Shown here piece by piece: positions 8,852-17,418 of a DNA stretch of 64,000 nucleotides. The notes under the pieces are model-generated. The model was not told the origin of the DNA. It saw nothing but the letters and a program-made list of their open reading frames with translations, and did not search any database. The position numbers and the translations under genes were made by a program. Source of the DNA: Candidatus Moranbacteria bacterium GW2011_GWE2_35_2- (lineage in GTDB: Bacteria > Patescibacteriota > Minisyncoccia > Moranbacterales > UBA9337); contig LBQD01000003.1 in assembly GCA_000990585.1 (NCBI GenBank), positions 79,504-143,503 on the forward strand, given 5' to 3'. The stretch's first letter is position 1. Every line of letters begins with the position of its first letter.

Positions 8852-10618
8852 TTACAAGTGCATTATTTTTTTTTCTTCGATTTCTTTTTTAATTTTTTCT
8901 ACAAATTCTTCAAGAGGCAGGATTTCCTGTTTTTTATCTGCGCGTTTTCGGATGGCGACGGTTTTGGCTGCCATTTCTTTTTCCCCGACTATCAACATAT
9001 ATGGAATTTTCTGTTTTTCGGCTTCGGATATTCTTTTTCCGAGAGATTCGGATTCAAAGCTCATTTCTACGCGAATATTGTTTTCCGAAAGTTTCTTCTC
9101 GACTTCCTTGGCGTAATCTTCGAATTTTTCACTGATTGGAATAATCTTGACTTGAACGGGGGAGAGCCAAAGTGGAAAAGCGCCGGCGAAATGCTCAATC
9201 AGCAACACTAAAAATCTTTCATACGATCCCAAGATTGCGCGATGAACCATTACTGGAGGAATTTTCTCGCCTTTTTCGTTTGTATATTCCAGATTGAATC
9301 TTTTCGGAGTGGCAAAATCAATTTGAACGGTCGGGATTTGAATTTCTTTTCCAAGTGCGTCTTTAAACATAAAGTCCAATTTCGGACCATATAGCGCCGC
9401 TTCACCTTCGCAACGCTTGGCATCAAGCTTCATTTCATCGGAAATTTCTTCAAGTATTTTTTCACATTGATTCCAATCTTTTTCATCCCCGATATATTTT
9501 TCCGGATGGGTGTAATCTCTGACGGAAAGTGAAACCCAATGGTTTCCCCAAAGACCGAGAGCTCCGTAGAAGTCCTTAATAATGTTAATCATATTCTTGA
9601 TTTCATCTTTCACTTGATTGGCTGTGCAAAAAGAATGTCCGTCTTCGACTGTTATCGCATAAACTCTGGACAATCCGCCAACTTCTCCTGTTTTTTCGGC
9701 GCGATATTGTTTGTCTGATTCCATATAACGAATAGGCAAATCTTTATAGGATCTTGTTTTTGAGGCGTATATTTGAGTGTGATGCGGACATTGGACGGGC
9801 TTTAAAACAAAATCGTGCTTTTTTTCCGAGGTTACATGAAACAATTCATCGCCAAACTTTTTGGCGTGTCCGGATATTTCAAATAATTCGACTTTCGCCA
9901 GTGATGGAGCGGATATTTTTTGAAATCCATATTTGCGACAAACTTCTTCAATGTGTTTTTGCAGCTCATCCTTGATGATGGTTCCTTTCGGAGTGAAAAG
10001 CGGAAGTCCCGGTCCAACCAAATCAGAAAAACAAAACAAATCCAATTCTTTTCCTAATTTGCGATGGTCGCGTTCTTTGGCTTTTTCTTGATTTTCCAAA
10101 TATTTTTTGAGTTCTTTTTTGTTTTCAAAAACCACGCCGTACACTCTTTGCATTTGTTTGTTATTTTCATCGGCTCGCCAATAAGCTCCGGAGATTTTGG
10201 TAAGTTTGAAAGATTGCGAGTTTATTTCTCCGGTTGAATCGATGTGGGGTCCGGAGCAAAGATCGACAAAGTTTCCGGTTTTGTATATCGTGACATTTTT
10301 GTTTCCTTCGTTTTGCAAATCCTTGATGATTTCCAATTTGTACGGTTGATTGGCTTTTTGAAAATGCTCGGCGGCATTTTCAGTGGAAATTTCTTGTTTT
10401 TCAAAAGGATGGTTGGCTTTGATAATTTCGCGCATTTTTTCTTCTAAGAGCGGGAGGTCTTCGGGAATAAGGGTTCGTGGCAGATCGAAGTCATAATAAA
10501 ATCCTTCTTCAGTAGCCGGTCCGGTTCCGAATTTGGCTTCCGGAAACATCTCCGAAACCGCCGTCGCCAAAATGTGAGCAGTTGAATGTTTGATAATTTC
10601 TTGTTTTTTATTGTTCAT
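8852..10618 (-). CDS. thrS: Threonine--tRNA ligase
   Basis: HSTAH, DLCSGPH, RDHRKLG, GEAALYGPK, HRAILGS. Confidence 0.98.
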   Translation of the reverse strand: MNNKKQEIIKHSTAHILATAVSEMFPEAKFGTGPATEEGFYYDFDLPRTLIPEDLPLLEEKMREIIKANHPFEKQEISTENAAEHFQKANQPYKLEIIKDLQNEGNKNVTIYKTGNFVDLCSGPHIDSTGEINSQSFKLTKISGAYWRADENNKQMQRVYGVVFENKKELKKYLENQEKAKERDHRKLGKELDLFCFSDLVGPGLPLFTPKGTIIKDELQKHIEEVCRKYGFQKISAPSLAKVELFEISGHAKKFGDELFHVTSEKKHDFVLKPVQCPHHTQIYASKTRSYKDLPIRYMESDKQYRAEKTGEVGGLSRVYAITVEDGHSFCTANQVKDEIKNMINIIKDFYGALGLWGNHWVSLSVRDYTHPEKYIGDEKDWNQCEKILEEISDEMKLDAKRCEGEAALYGPKLDFMFKDALGKEIQIPTVQIDFATPKRFNLEYTNEKGEKIPPVMVHRAILGSYERFLVLLIEHFAGAFPLWLSPVQVKIIPISEKFEDYAKEVEKKLSENNIRVEMSFESESLGKRISEAEKQKIPYMLIVGEKEMAAKTVAIRKRADKKQEILPLEEFVEKIKKEIEEKKIMHL

Positions 10619-10662
10619 ATGGTTATCTTATTAAATTTAAGGGAAAAATGCAAATGCATGTA

Positions 10663-13600
10663 TTAGGTTAATTCAATTTTTGCGCCGGTGGTTTTTTCTA
10701 TTTTTTCGATTAAATCTTTTCCTATGGCGACGCTGTACGAGGTTTCCATTTTTGATTCATTAAGCGAAAGATAGATTCTGGTTTTTCCGAATTTGCAGAC
10801 GCCGAGAGTGTCGGAAATATTTTTGAGGGTCATTTGGCTGGATTCGGGAGGTAAAATAATAGTAAGCTTTTCATTTTTAATTGGTGCATCCTTTTTTTCA
10901 AAATGTCCGTTGCTTTTTTGCGTGTGCAAAACTCTTTTGAAACTTTCCAATTCTTGCTGGTTTATTTCCTTGGCGTCTTCAGCTAGGATTTTGAAAACCC
11001 CGTCTTTGTCCGAAAGTTTTCCTTCGACCAAAACAATGCGGTCTTCTTGCCAAATTGAGCCAATCCGTTCCAGCGTTTTGGGAAAAATTAGAAGTTCTAT
11101 TTTTCCCTTCAAATCTTCAATCGTGGCAAACATCATTTCTTGATGGCGCTTGGTGATGATTTTTTTGACCGCGCTGATAACTCCTCCGACTTTTACCATC
11201 TGCCCGACCATATTTTGGTTCAATGCGTTGACGGGAATCGCCATTTGGTTAAAATATTCCTGATAATCAGAAACCGGATGTCCGCTTACATATAGTCCCA
11301 GCAGTTCTTTTTCCCATTGCAATTTTTCCTTCTTTTCCGCCGGAGCTGCCGGTTCGAGTTGAATTTTTGCTTTGGAAAGAATTTCTTCGCCAAAGAGGCT
11401 GGTTTGACTGGAATTTTTATTTTTTTGGATATTCTTGGAAAAAGCCAGAATAGTTTCTATATTTTCCAGAATTTGATTCCGCTCCGCCATTTGATCAAGC
11501 GCGCCCACTTTTGCCAGCGCTTCAATTGATTTTTTATTCAAATCCCGAATAGTGATTCTTTCAAGCATATCTCCGAGACCTGCATATTTTCCATTTCTTT
11601 TTCTTTCAGCGACAATTTCATGAGCGACCGGCTTGCCCACATTTTTTATGGCATTGAGTCCAAAGCGAATTTTTTCGTTATTATCAGTTCCCTTAACAAC
11701 CGCGAATTCTTCAAAGCTTTCATTGACATCCGGAGGCAAAACTTCGATTCCCATATGTTTGGCTTCATCCACCTCGATAGCGATGCGTTCGATGTTATCT
11801 TGGTCGGAAGTCATCAGTGCCGCCATAAACTCTGCCGGATAATGCGCTTTGAGATATGCTGTTTGATAACCGATGAGTCCATAGCAGGCGGCGTGGGAAT
11901 TATGAACCACGAAATCATTGGCGACAAAGTTGTGAGTGCTTTCGATGGTCAAATCGTAGGTCTTTTTTCTGCCTGATTTTTCGATGGAAATTATTTTATC
12001 CCAATAAATATCAGAGTTTCCCAATTCTAAAAGTTTTTTGCTTTTGAGTATTTTTCCGATTTCAAAAACAGTTTCCCGTAAAAAACCAACCTTCCTTTTG
12101 TCCTTGAAAAACAATCTTTCGGCAAAGTTGTATTCTTGGGAAAATTCTTTAGCGGAATATCCGGCATTTATAATTTCTTTTCTGATAATTTCGATAATTT
12201 CGGATGGAATAATGTCGCGGCTTCCGCGCGCGGAATAATTTTTTAATTGCCCATTTATTATTGGGTGGTTTTTGACGGCTTGTTTGATGTTTTTTAGTTT
12301 TTCTCCGATCAGATATTTTCCGGGACCTTTGTAGAAATTTTCGATATTATTGTACCTGTTTATGGTAAGTGTATATCCGATTTTTATCGTGTTTTTATAT
12401 TTAAATTTTTTCTTATGAATCGTGCCGATAATATTCAGCCGTAAAAGCAAATGTTGGAGCTGATGTGCCATTTTTTTTGAAGATGTCGCATAAAATATTT
12501 GCGGATATTTTCGGGAAAGACTCACACATCCGTCTCCTTGAAACATTTTTCCAATAAGCAAAGACAAGTCTTCGGAGTCTAACTTGAAAGCCAATTCTGG
12601 AATCTCCTTTTCGGTGGCTCTTTTTCCGTGAATTCCGATTGATTTTATCCAATCAACTGCTCCCGACTTTTCTTTCAGATTGATTCTTCCTGCATAAATC
12701 GAGGTTGCCGGTTTGCTTTTGTTGACTGTCGCTTTCGTGTTTTTAAACTTTTGCAAATTCAAAGTATATTCCTTTAATTCTGCCTTGTTTTTTGAGTAGA
12801 AATAGAAGCTGTGCGGATGGCACAAATTTCCTTCGGCCAGCAAGTATCCCAAGATAATCAATTTGTATTTCTCCATTTTTATTCCCTTAAAATTTAAAGG
12901 AAGGTTTCGCGCCATGGCTATTCTTTCTCCTGCCTTTATTTCTTCCAATTTTTTCCATCCGGAAATTGTCAAAAGCGGATGGTTGGCGGTGGCTTTGATT
13001 GTTTTTCCCAGCGCGGTTTTTATTTTAAAAACATCTTTCGTTCCATTGAAAAAAACTTTTGTTATTTTTCCATTTCCAAGTTTCAAATCATTTTTCAATG
13101 TTAAAATTTCGGGAAGTTTTTTTTTGTTGTTGTGCCAGTTATATAATTCTTCAAGGCGGAATTGCTTGCCGCTTTTTGCGTCGGTTATGAGCGTATCTCC
13201 ATCCAAGCATCGATTAAAGCCGTATCCGGCGAACGGTTCGATAAAAGCGAAAACATTTTCGGCAGTTTTTTTGTCGATTCCATTTTTTACGCATCCTTCA
13301 ACGAATTTTATTTTCTGTTCCTGAATTAAATTTAAAATTTTCTTTCCTACCGCTTTGCGAAGAACGTCAGCTTCTCCCAAGGTAAAACCGGCAAGCTGTT
13401 GTGCCATCTGCATAACTTGTTCTTGATAAACTGCTACGCCATAAGTTTTTTTCAAAATCGGTTCCAGTTTTGGATGCAAATAAGTTATCTTTTTCAATCC
13501 ATGTTTGCGCGCGATAAAGTCCGGTATCCAATCCATCGGTCCGGGGCGGTAAAGCGCTACCATAGCAATCACATCTTCAAGATTATTCGGCATTAATTGC

Positions 13601-15468
13601 TTGAGATATCTTTTCATTCCACTGCTTTCCAATTGAAATACTCCCGTGGTATTGGCGTGTTGCAAAAGTTCGTAGGTTTTTTTGTCATCCAGCGGAATAT
13701 TTTCAATGTCGATTTCCAACCCCTTTGTTTTGCGGACAATATTGAGAGTATTTTGGATGATGGTAAGATTTTTCAGTCCCAGAAAGTCCATCTTGAGAAG
13801 TCCGATTTTTTCCACATAGCTGGACTTGGTGGAAGATGAATATTGCGTGACTAATCCGTCGCCCCCTTTGGCGAGAGTTTGTAATGGGGAGTAGGCAGTA
13901 ACAGGTTCTTTGGTAATTACTACTCCGCATGCATGCATTGAAGCGTGGCGGGCAACACCTTCCAATTTTTTGGCGCTGTCGATCAGCTTTTTTCCATTAG
14001 GGTCGCTTTCATAAAGTTGCTTGAATTCTTTTGCATCTTCAAGCGCTTCTGCGATATCGGAAAACATTGGAATCATTTTGGCAGTTCGATCGCAAAAGCT
14101 GTACTCCAGGCCAAGTGCGCGTCCGGCATCGCGAATAGCGGCGCGAGCGGCCATCGTTCCAAAAGTAATAATCTGTGCTACGTGATCGTGGCCATATTTT
14201 TTTCGCACATAATCCAAAACTTCATCGCGGCGGTTGTCGGCGAAATCCATATCGACATCGGGCATAGATATTCTTTCCGGATTGAGAAATCGTTCAAAAA
14301 GCAGATCATACTTTATTGGGTCGACATTGGTTATTCCGATAAGATATGAAACAAAACTTCCTGCGGCACTTCCGCGACCCGGTCCGACGACGATTCCTTG
14401 CTGTTTTGCCCAATTGACAAAATCTTGAACGATAAGGAAGTATGATGGAAATCCGGTTTTTTCAATAATTTTCAGTTCGTATTCCATGCGATCGCGGTGT
14501 TCTTGCGTGATGTTTCCTTGATATTTTTTTTCGAGTCCTTTTTCAGTAAGATGGCGGAGATAAGTGACGTCCGTATATCCATCCGGAACGTCGAAATGAG
14601 GGAGTTGCGTTTCTCCGAGTTTGATATGAAAATCGCATTTATTGACAATTTCCTGGGTATTGGCGATAGCCTCGGGAGTATTTTTGAACGCACGTTGCAT
14701 TTCTTCCGGAGATTTCATCGAGAGATCGAAATCCATCAAGCTCATGCGGTTTTTTTCTTGGACTTTACGGTTGGTTTGGATACAGAGAAGAATGTCTTGT
14801 ATCTCAGCATCTTCTTTGTTGACATAATGAATATCTCCGGTGGCAACAACAGGAATTCCGGTTTTTTTGGAAATTTCCAGCATTCCCTTATTGGCATTTT
14901 TCTGTTCATTGTTGTTGGGATGATGTTGAAGTTCCATGAAAAAATTTCCTTTGCCAAAAATTTGTTCATATTCGCGAGCGACATCCCGCGCTTTTTCATA
15001 ATTTCCATTATTGATTTCATTGGGAATTTCTCCGGCTAGGCATCCGCTCATCGCAATCAGTCCGGTGGAATATTTTCTCAAAGTTTTTTTGTCAATTCTG
15101 GGCTTGTAATAGAATCCTTCCAAGTGGGCGATGGAAACCAGATGCATCAGATTTTTGTATCCATCTTCATCTTTGACCAAAAGAGTGAGGTGGTGCATTT
15201 TTCTATCAAGAGCTGTATTATTTTTGCTGGTTAAATCATGGGAAACATACATTTCGCATCCGATAATCGGTTTGATTCCCCGTTCTTTGGCTTTGATGGA
15301 AAATTCCACTGCGCCATACATCACGCCGTGGTCGGTGAGTGCCAGCGAGTCCATTCCCATTTCTTTGGCGCGGTCAAGAAGCTCATCGATTTTTGCCAAA
15401 CCGTCCAGGAGTGAATAATGGCTATGGACATGCAAGTGAGTAAATTTTTTATTTGAATTTTCCGGCAT
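10663..15468 (-). CDS. dnaE: DNA polymerase III alpha subunit with intein
   Basis: HLHVHSHYSLLDG PHP domain, GPGRGSAAGS, MPDVDMD. Confidence 0.98.
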   Translation of the reverse strand: MPENSNKKFTHLHVHSHYSLLDGLAKIDELLDRAKEMGMDSLALTDHGVMYGAVEFSIKAKERGIKPIIGCEMYVSHDLTSKNNTALDRKMHHLTLLVKDEDGYKNLMHLVSIAHLEGFYYKPRIDKKTLRKYSTGLIAMSGCLAGEIPNEINNGNYEKARDVAREYEQIFGKGNFFMELQHHPNNNEQKNANKGMLEISKKTGIPVVATGDIHYVNKEDAEIQDILLCIQTNRKVQEKNRMSLMDFDLSMKSPEEMQRAFKNTPEAIANTQEIVNKCDFHIKLGETQLPHFDVPDGYTDVTYLRHLTEKGLEKKYQGNITQEHRDRMEYELKIIEKTGFPSYFLIVQDFVNWAKQQGIVVGPGRGSAAGSFVSYLIGITNVDPIKYDLLFERFLNPERISMPDVDMDFADNRRDEVLDYVRKKYGHDHVAQIITFGTMAARAAIRDAGRALGLEYSFCDRTAKMIPMFSDIAEALEDAKEFKQLYESDPNGKKLIDSAKKLEGVARHASMHACGVVITKEPVTAYSPLQTLAKGGDGLVTQYSSSTKSSYVEKIGLLKMDFLGLKNLTIIQNTLNIVRKTKGLEIDIENIPLDDKKTYELLQHANTTGVFQLESSGMKRYLKQLMPNNLEDVIAMVALYRPGPMDWIPDFIARKHGLKKITYLHPKLEPILKKTYGVAVYQEQVMQMAQQLAGFTLGEADVLRKAVGKKILNLIQEQKIKFVEGCVKNGIDKKTAENVFAFIEPFAGYGFNRCLDGDTLITDAKSGKQFRLEELYNWHNNKKKLPEILTLKNDLKLGNGKITKVFFNGTKDVFKIKTALGKTIKATANHPLLTISGWKKLEEIKAGERIAMARNLPLNFKGIKMEKYKLIILGYLLAEGNLCHPHSFYFYSKNKAELKEYTLNLQKFKNTKATVNKSKPATSIYAGRINLKEKSGAVDWIKSIGIHGKRATEKEIPELAFKLDSEDLSLLIGKMFQGDGCVSLSRKYPQIFYATSSKKMAHQLQHLLLRLNIIGTIHKKKFKYKNTIKIGYTLTINRYNNIENFYKGPGKYLIGEKLKNIKQAVKNHPIINGQLKNYSARGSRDIIPSEIIEIIRKEIINAGYSAKEFSQEYNFAERLFFKDKRKVGFLRETVFEIGKILKSKKLLELGNSDIYWDKIISIEKSGRKKTYDLTIESTHNFVANDFVVHNSHAACYGLIGYQTAYLKAHYPAEFMAALMTSDQDNIERIAIEVDEAKHMGIEVLPPDVNESFEEFAVVKGTDNNEKIRFGLNAIKNVGKPVAHEIVAERKRNGKYAGLGDMLERITIRDLNKKSIEALAKVGALDQMAERNQILENIETILAFSKNIQKNKNSSQTSLFGEEILSKAKIQLEPAAPAEKKEKLQWEKELLGLYVSGHPVSDYQEYFNQMAIPVNALNQNMVGQMVKVGGVISAVKKIITKRHQEMMFATIEDLKGKIELLIFPKTLERIGSIWQEDRIVLVEGKLSDKDGVFKILAEDAKEINQQELESFKRVLHTQKSNGHFEKKDAPIKNEKLTIILPPESSQMTLKNISDTLGVCKFGKTRIYLSLNESKMETSYSVAIGKDLIEKIEKTTGAKIELT
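11899..13209 (-). mobile_element. 437-aa intein with LAGLIDADG homing endonuclease
   Basis: YGFNR|CLDGDT...FVANDFVVHN|SHA; LGYLLAEG and IGKMFQGDG motifs. Confidence 0.95.
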
Positions 15469-15480
15469 ATATTTTGTTTG

Positions 15481-15581
15481 AAATTTTCAATTTTCAATTT
15501 CGAAACAATTTTCAATGATTCAATCTTAAAATTTTAAAATTAAGACATTGTTTGTAAGTTGTAAATTAAAAATTGATAATT
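15481..15581. repeat. AT-rich heptamer-based imperfect inverted repeat
   Basis: CAATTTT units with AAACAATTTTCAAT...ATTGTTT; related to 42880-42980 and the tract in miaB. Confidence 0.65.
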
Positions 15582-15654
15582 AAAAAGCCTCGCTATGAAA
15601 TAGCAGGCGTGGCAAAACGTAAAAACATAAATTTAAACACAGTATTTTATTCAT
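15580..15654 (-). CDS. Candidate 24-aa leader peptide upstream of dnaE
   Basis: GGGGAG SD, MNKILCLNLCFYVLPRLLFHSEAF*, overlapped by a terminator-like hairpin. Confidence 0.3.
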   Translation of the reverse strand: MNKILCLNLCFYVLPRLLFHSEAF

Positions 15655-15802
15655 ATATTTATTCTCCCCATAGCCCAGGTTTCCCAACGGGTTTTGCAAG
15701 AAAAGTTTTTATATCTTTACTACCATTGTAGCAGGTTCCGGGAAAATAAAAAAGATTTTGCATTAAAAATCCTTTATTTAAGCCAAAAAACAATACGAAC
15801 GT

Positions 15803-15832
15803 TTGACAAAACGCCGAAAATATGTATATAAT
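15803..15832 (+). promoter_or_regulatory. Sigma70-type promoter for the DGR target gene
   Basis: TTGACA-N18-TATAAT. Confidence 0.65.
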
Positions 15833-15934
15833 GTAATGATATGCTGGAAAAGCATAGAGTTCATTTAATGGCGAGTCTGGGGCTTTGGCGTGGTGCTAAA
15901 GTGAGGGATGAGCCAAATAAAAAAGAGGTGTGTT

Positions 15935-16600
15935 ATGTCGAAAAGCAAGAAGCAGGTTGAGGCGATTGTGTCGGCGATGGGAGTTTTCACGGCGATTATT
16001 TCCACTCTCGTTGAACTGGTCAAAAAGTTCGGCGGAACGATGGAAAACATCTATCGTTTGGCGATTCCGGAAGGGCTTGTGACCCTGGAGGAGGTTGCGC
16101 GGGTGATCGTCGGGGCTGTTAAAGTTAAAAACGAGTTTCTCTGCCTCATTTTCGGTGGTGAAAATCTCATTATCGACGAGTGCAATGGTCGTGAAATTCT
16201 TGCCGATGCCAGTGATGTATTTGACTGGATCGACAGCGATTTTCGGAGCTGGGGTGCGGATGAGCAGGGACCAGCTACTAAAAAAACTCCCGTTCAGGTT
16301 TACGAGCTGGAAAAGGATGGGAAATTTCCTCAGATTTACGGCGCGCATTCGTCTGATCTGGATAAGCTCTGTCTAACCCAGCACCAGATTAAAAAATTTG
16401 TGCAGAAGTGTCGCGATTGGTTGAGAACTGATGGATACGGAACGTTTTTCTTATTCAAATCCAAGGGACATTATTTCGTCGCCGGTGTGGGCTTTGATTC
16501 CGGTGGCAGGCTTTGGGTGAGCGTGCACCGGCTCGAGAATGTGTATGTCTGGGATGCCGAGAATCGATATCGCTTTGTGTTTCCGCAACTGGACATCTAA
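15935..16600 (+). CDS. DGR target protein with C-terminal variable region
   Basis: The last ~40 codons match the TR with A-biased mismatches; GAGGTG SD precedes the ATG at 15935. Confidence 0.92.
   Translation: MSKSKKQVEAIVSAMGVFTAIISTLVELVKKFGGTMENIYRLAIPEGLVTLEEVARVIVGAVKVKNEFLCLIFGGENLIIDECNGREILADASDVFDWIDSDFRSWGADEQGPATKKTPVQVYELEKDGKFPQIYGAHSSDLDKLCLTQHQIKKFVQKCRDWLRTDGYGTFFLFKSKGHYFVAGVGFDSGGRLWVSVHRLENVYVWDAENRYRFVFPQLDI
16475..16590 (+). repeat. DGR variable repeat (VR)
   Basis: 116-bp ungapped match to the TR; 13 of 15 mismatches are at TR adenines. Confidence 0.97.
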
Positions 16601-16625
16601 CACTTTGTCCTATTGTGGCGCTTTG

Positions 16626-16675
16626 TCCCTTGGACTCTTTGACGCTTCTGCGTTTTGAGTTCAAGGGATTTTTTT
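16626..16675 (+). terminator. Hairpin after VR (terminator and/or DGR homing stem-loop)
   Basis: TCCCTTGGACTC...GAGTTCAAGGGA with inner ACGC/GCGT stem, then T7. Confidence 0.7.
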
Positions 16676-16907
16676 GTATAATAAAATTGCAATCCTGGAA
16701 ATATCCGCGGTCAAGGCTTCGGGTCAAGGTTGTTGGAAAAATATATTCCGGAATTTTGTCGGACAAGTCTTGCAAAAGAGTGAAGATATTTTTTTAAAAA
16801 TAAAAACAGACAGTTGGTGCGGTAAATTGGAGAACTTTTAGGGTTTCAAATAAAATTCAATCCAGAGAGTATTCAATGGATGGTGGTATTGATGATTTGC
16901 CGCATAC

Positions 16908-17023
16908 TTCGTCGCCAATGTGAACTTTAATTCCGATGGCAGGCTTAAGGTGAGCGTGAACCGGCTCGAGAATGACAATGTCTGGAATGCCGAGAATCGA
17001 CATCGCTTTGTGTTTCCGAAACT
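16908..17023 (+). repeat. DGR template repeat (TR)
   Basis: Intergenic copy of the VR with 29 adenines and 8 AAY codons in the VR frame. Confidence 0.97.
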
Positions 17024-17036
17024 TTCTGTTTTTCTC

Positions 17037-17418
17037 TCATCCATTCGATGAGAGTTTTTTATCCAAACCTTTTTTCCAACCGCCAAGCATTCTTCCGATT
17101 TCTTCCAATTTCTCGGAAAGGTCGATATATTTTTCATTGGGAATAAGTTTGTTTTCCCAAGCGGTTTGAGTAAAAAATTTCAAAACATCCAGTCTGGAGA
17201 TAGTCTTGCTTAAAAATATTATTTTATGTTCCGGCGGGAGATATGAAGCAGTAAAGGAAAGTTCCAGGATTTCAAGAAAAAGATTGTCAACTTTTCTCCC
17301 AATTCCATAGCGTTCGGTCTTGGGAAAATCACGATGCAAAATTAACCAAAAAGAATAAGATTCTTTAAGCTTATGAATTACAACAGGGACGTTGCCGGGG
17401 GGGGGTTATAAAAGTCAT
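17037..17418 (-). CDS. avd: DGR accessory protein Avd (four-helix bundle); ATG at 17418 is out of frame across the C9 tract
   Basis: FPKTERYGIG...LDVLKFF...LEEIGRMLGGW Avd signature; lies between TR and RT on the opposite strand. Confidence 0.88.

Noticed and set aside
16455-17169. ORFs overlapping the VR and TR (16455-16775, 16513-16797, 16838-17137, 16972-17169)
   Set aside because: Shadow frames over the DGR repeats and avd, with no recognisable motifs.
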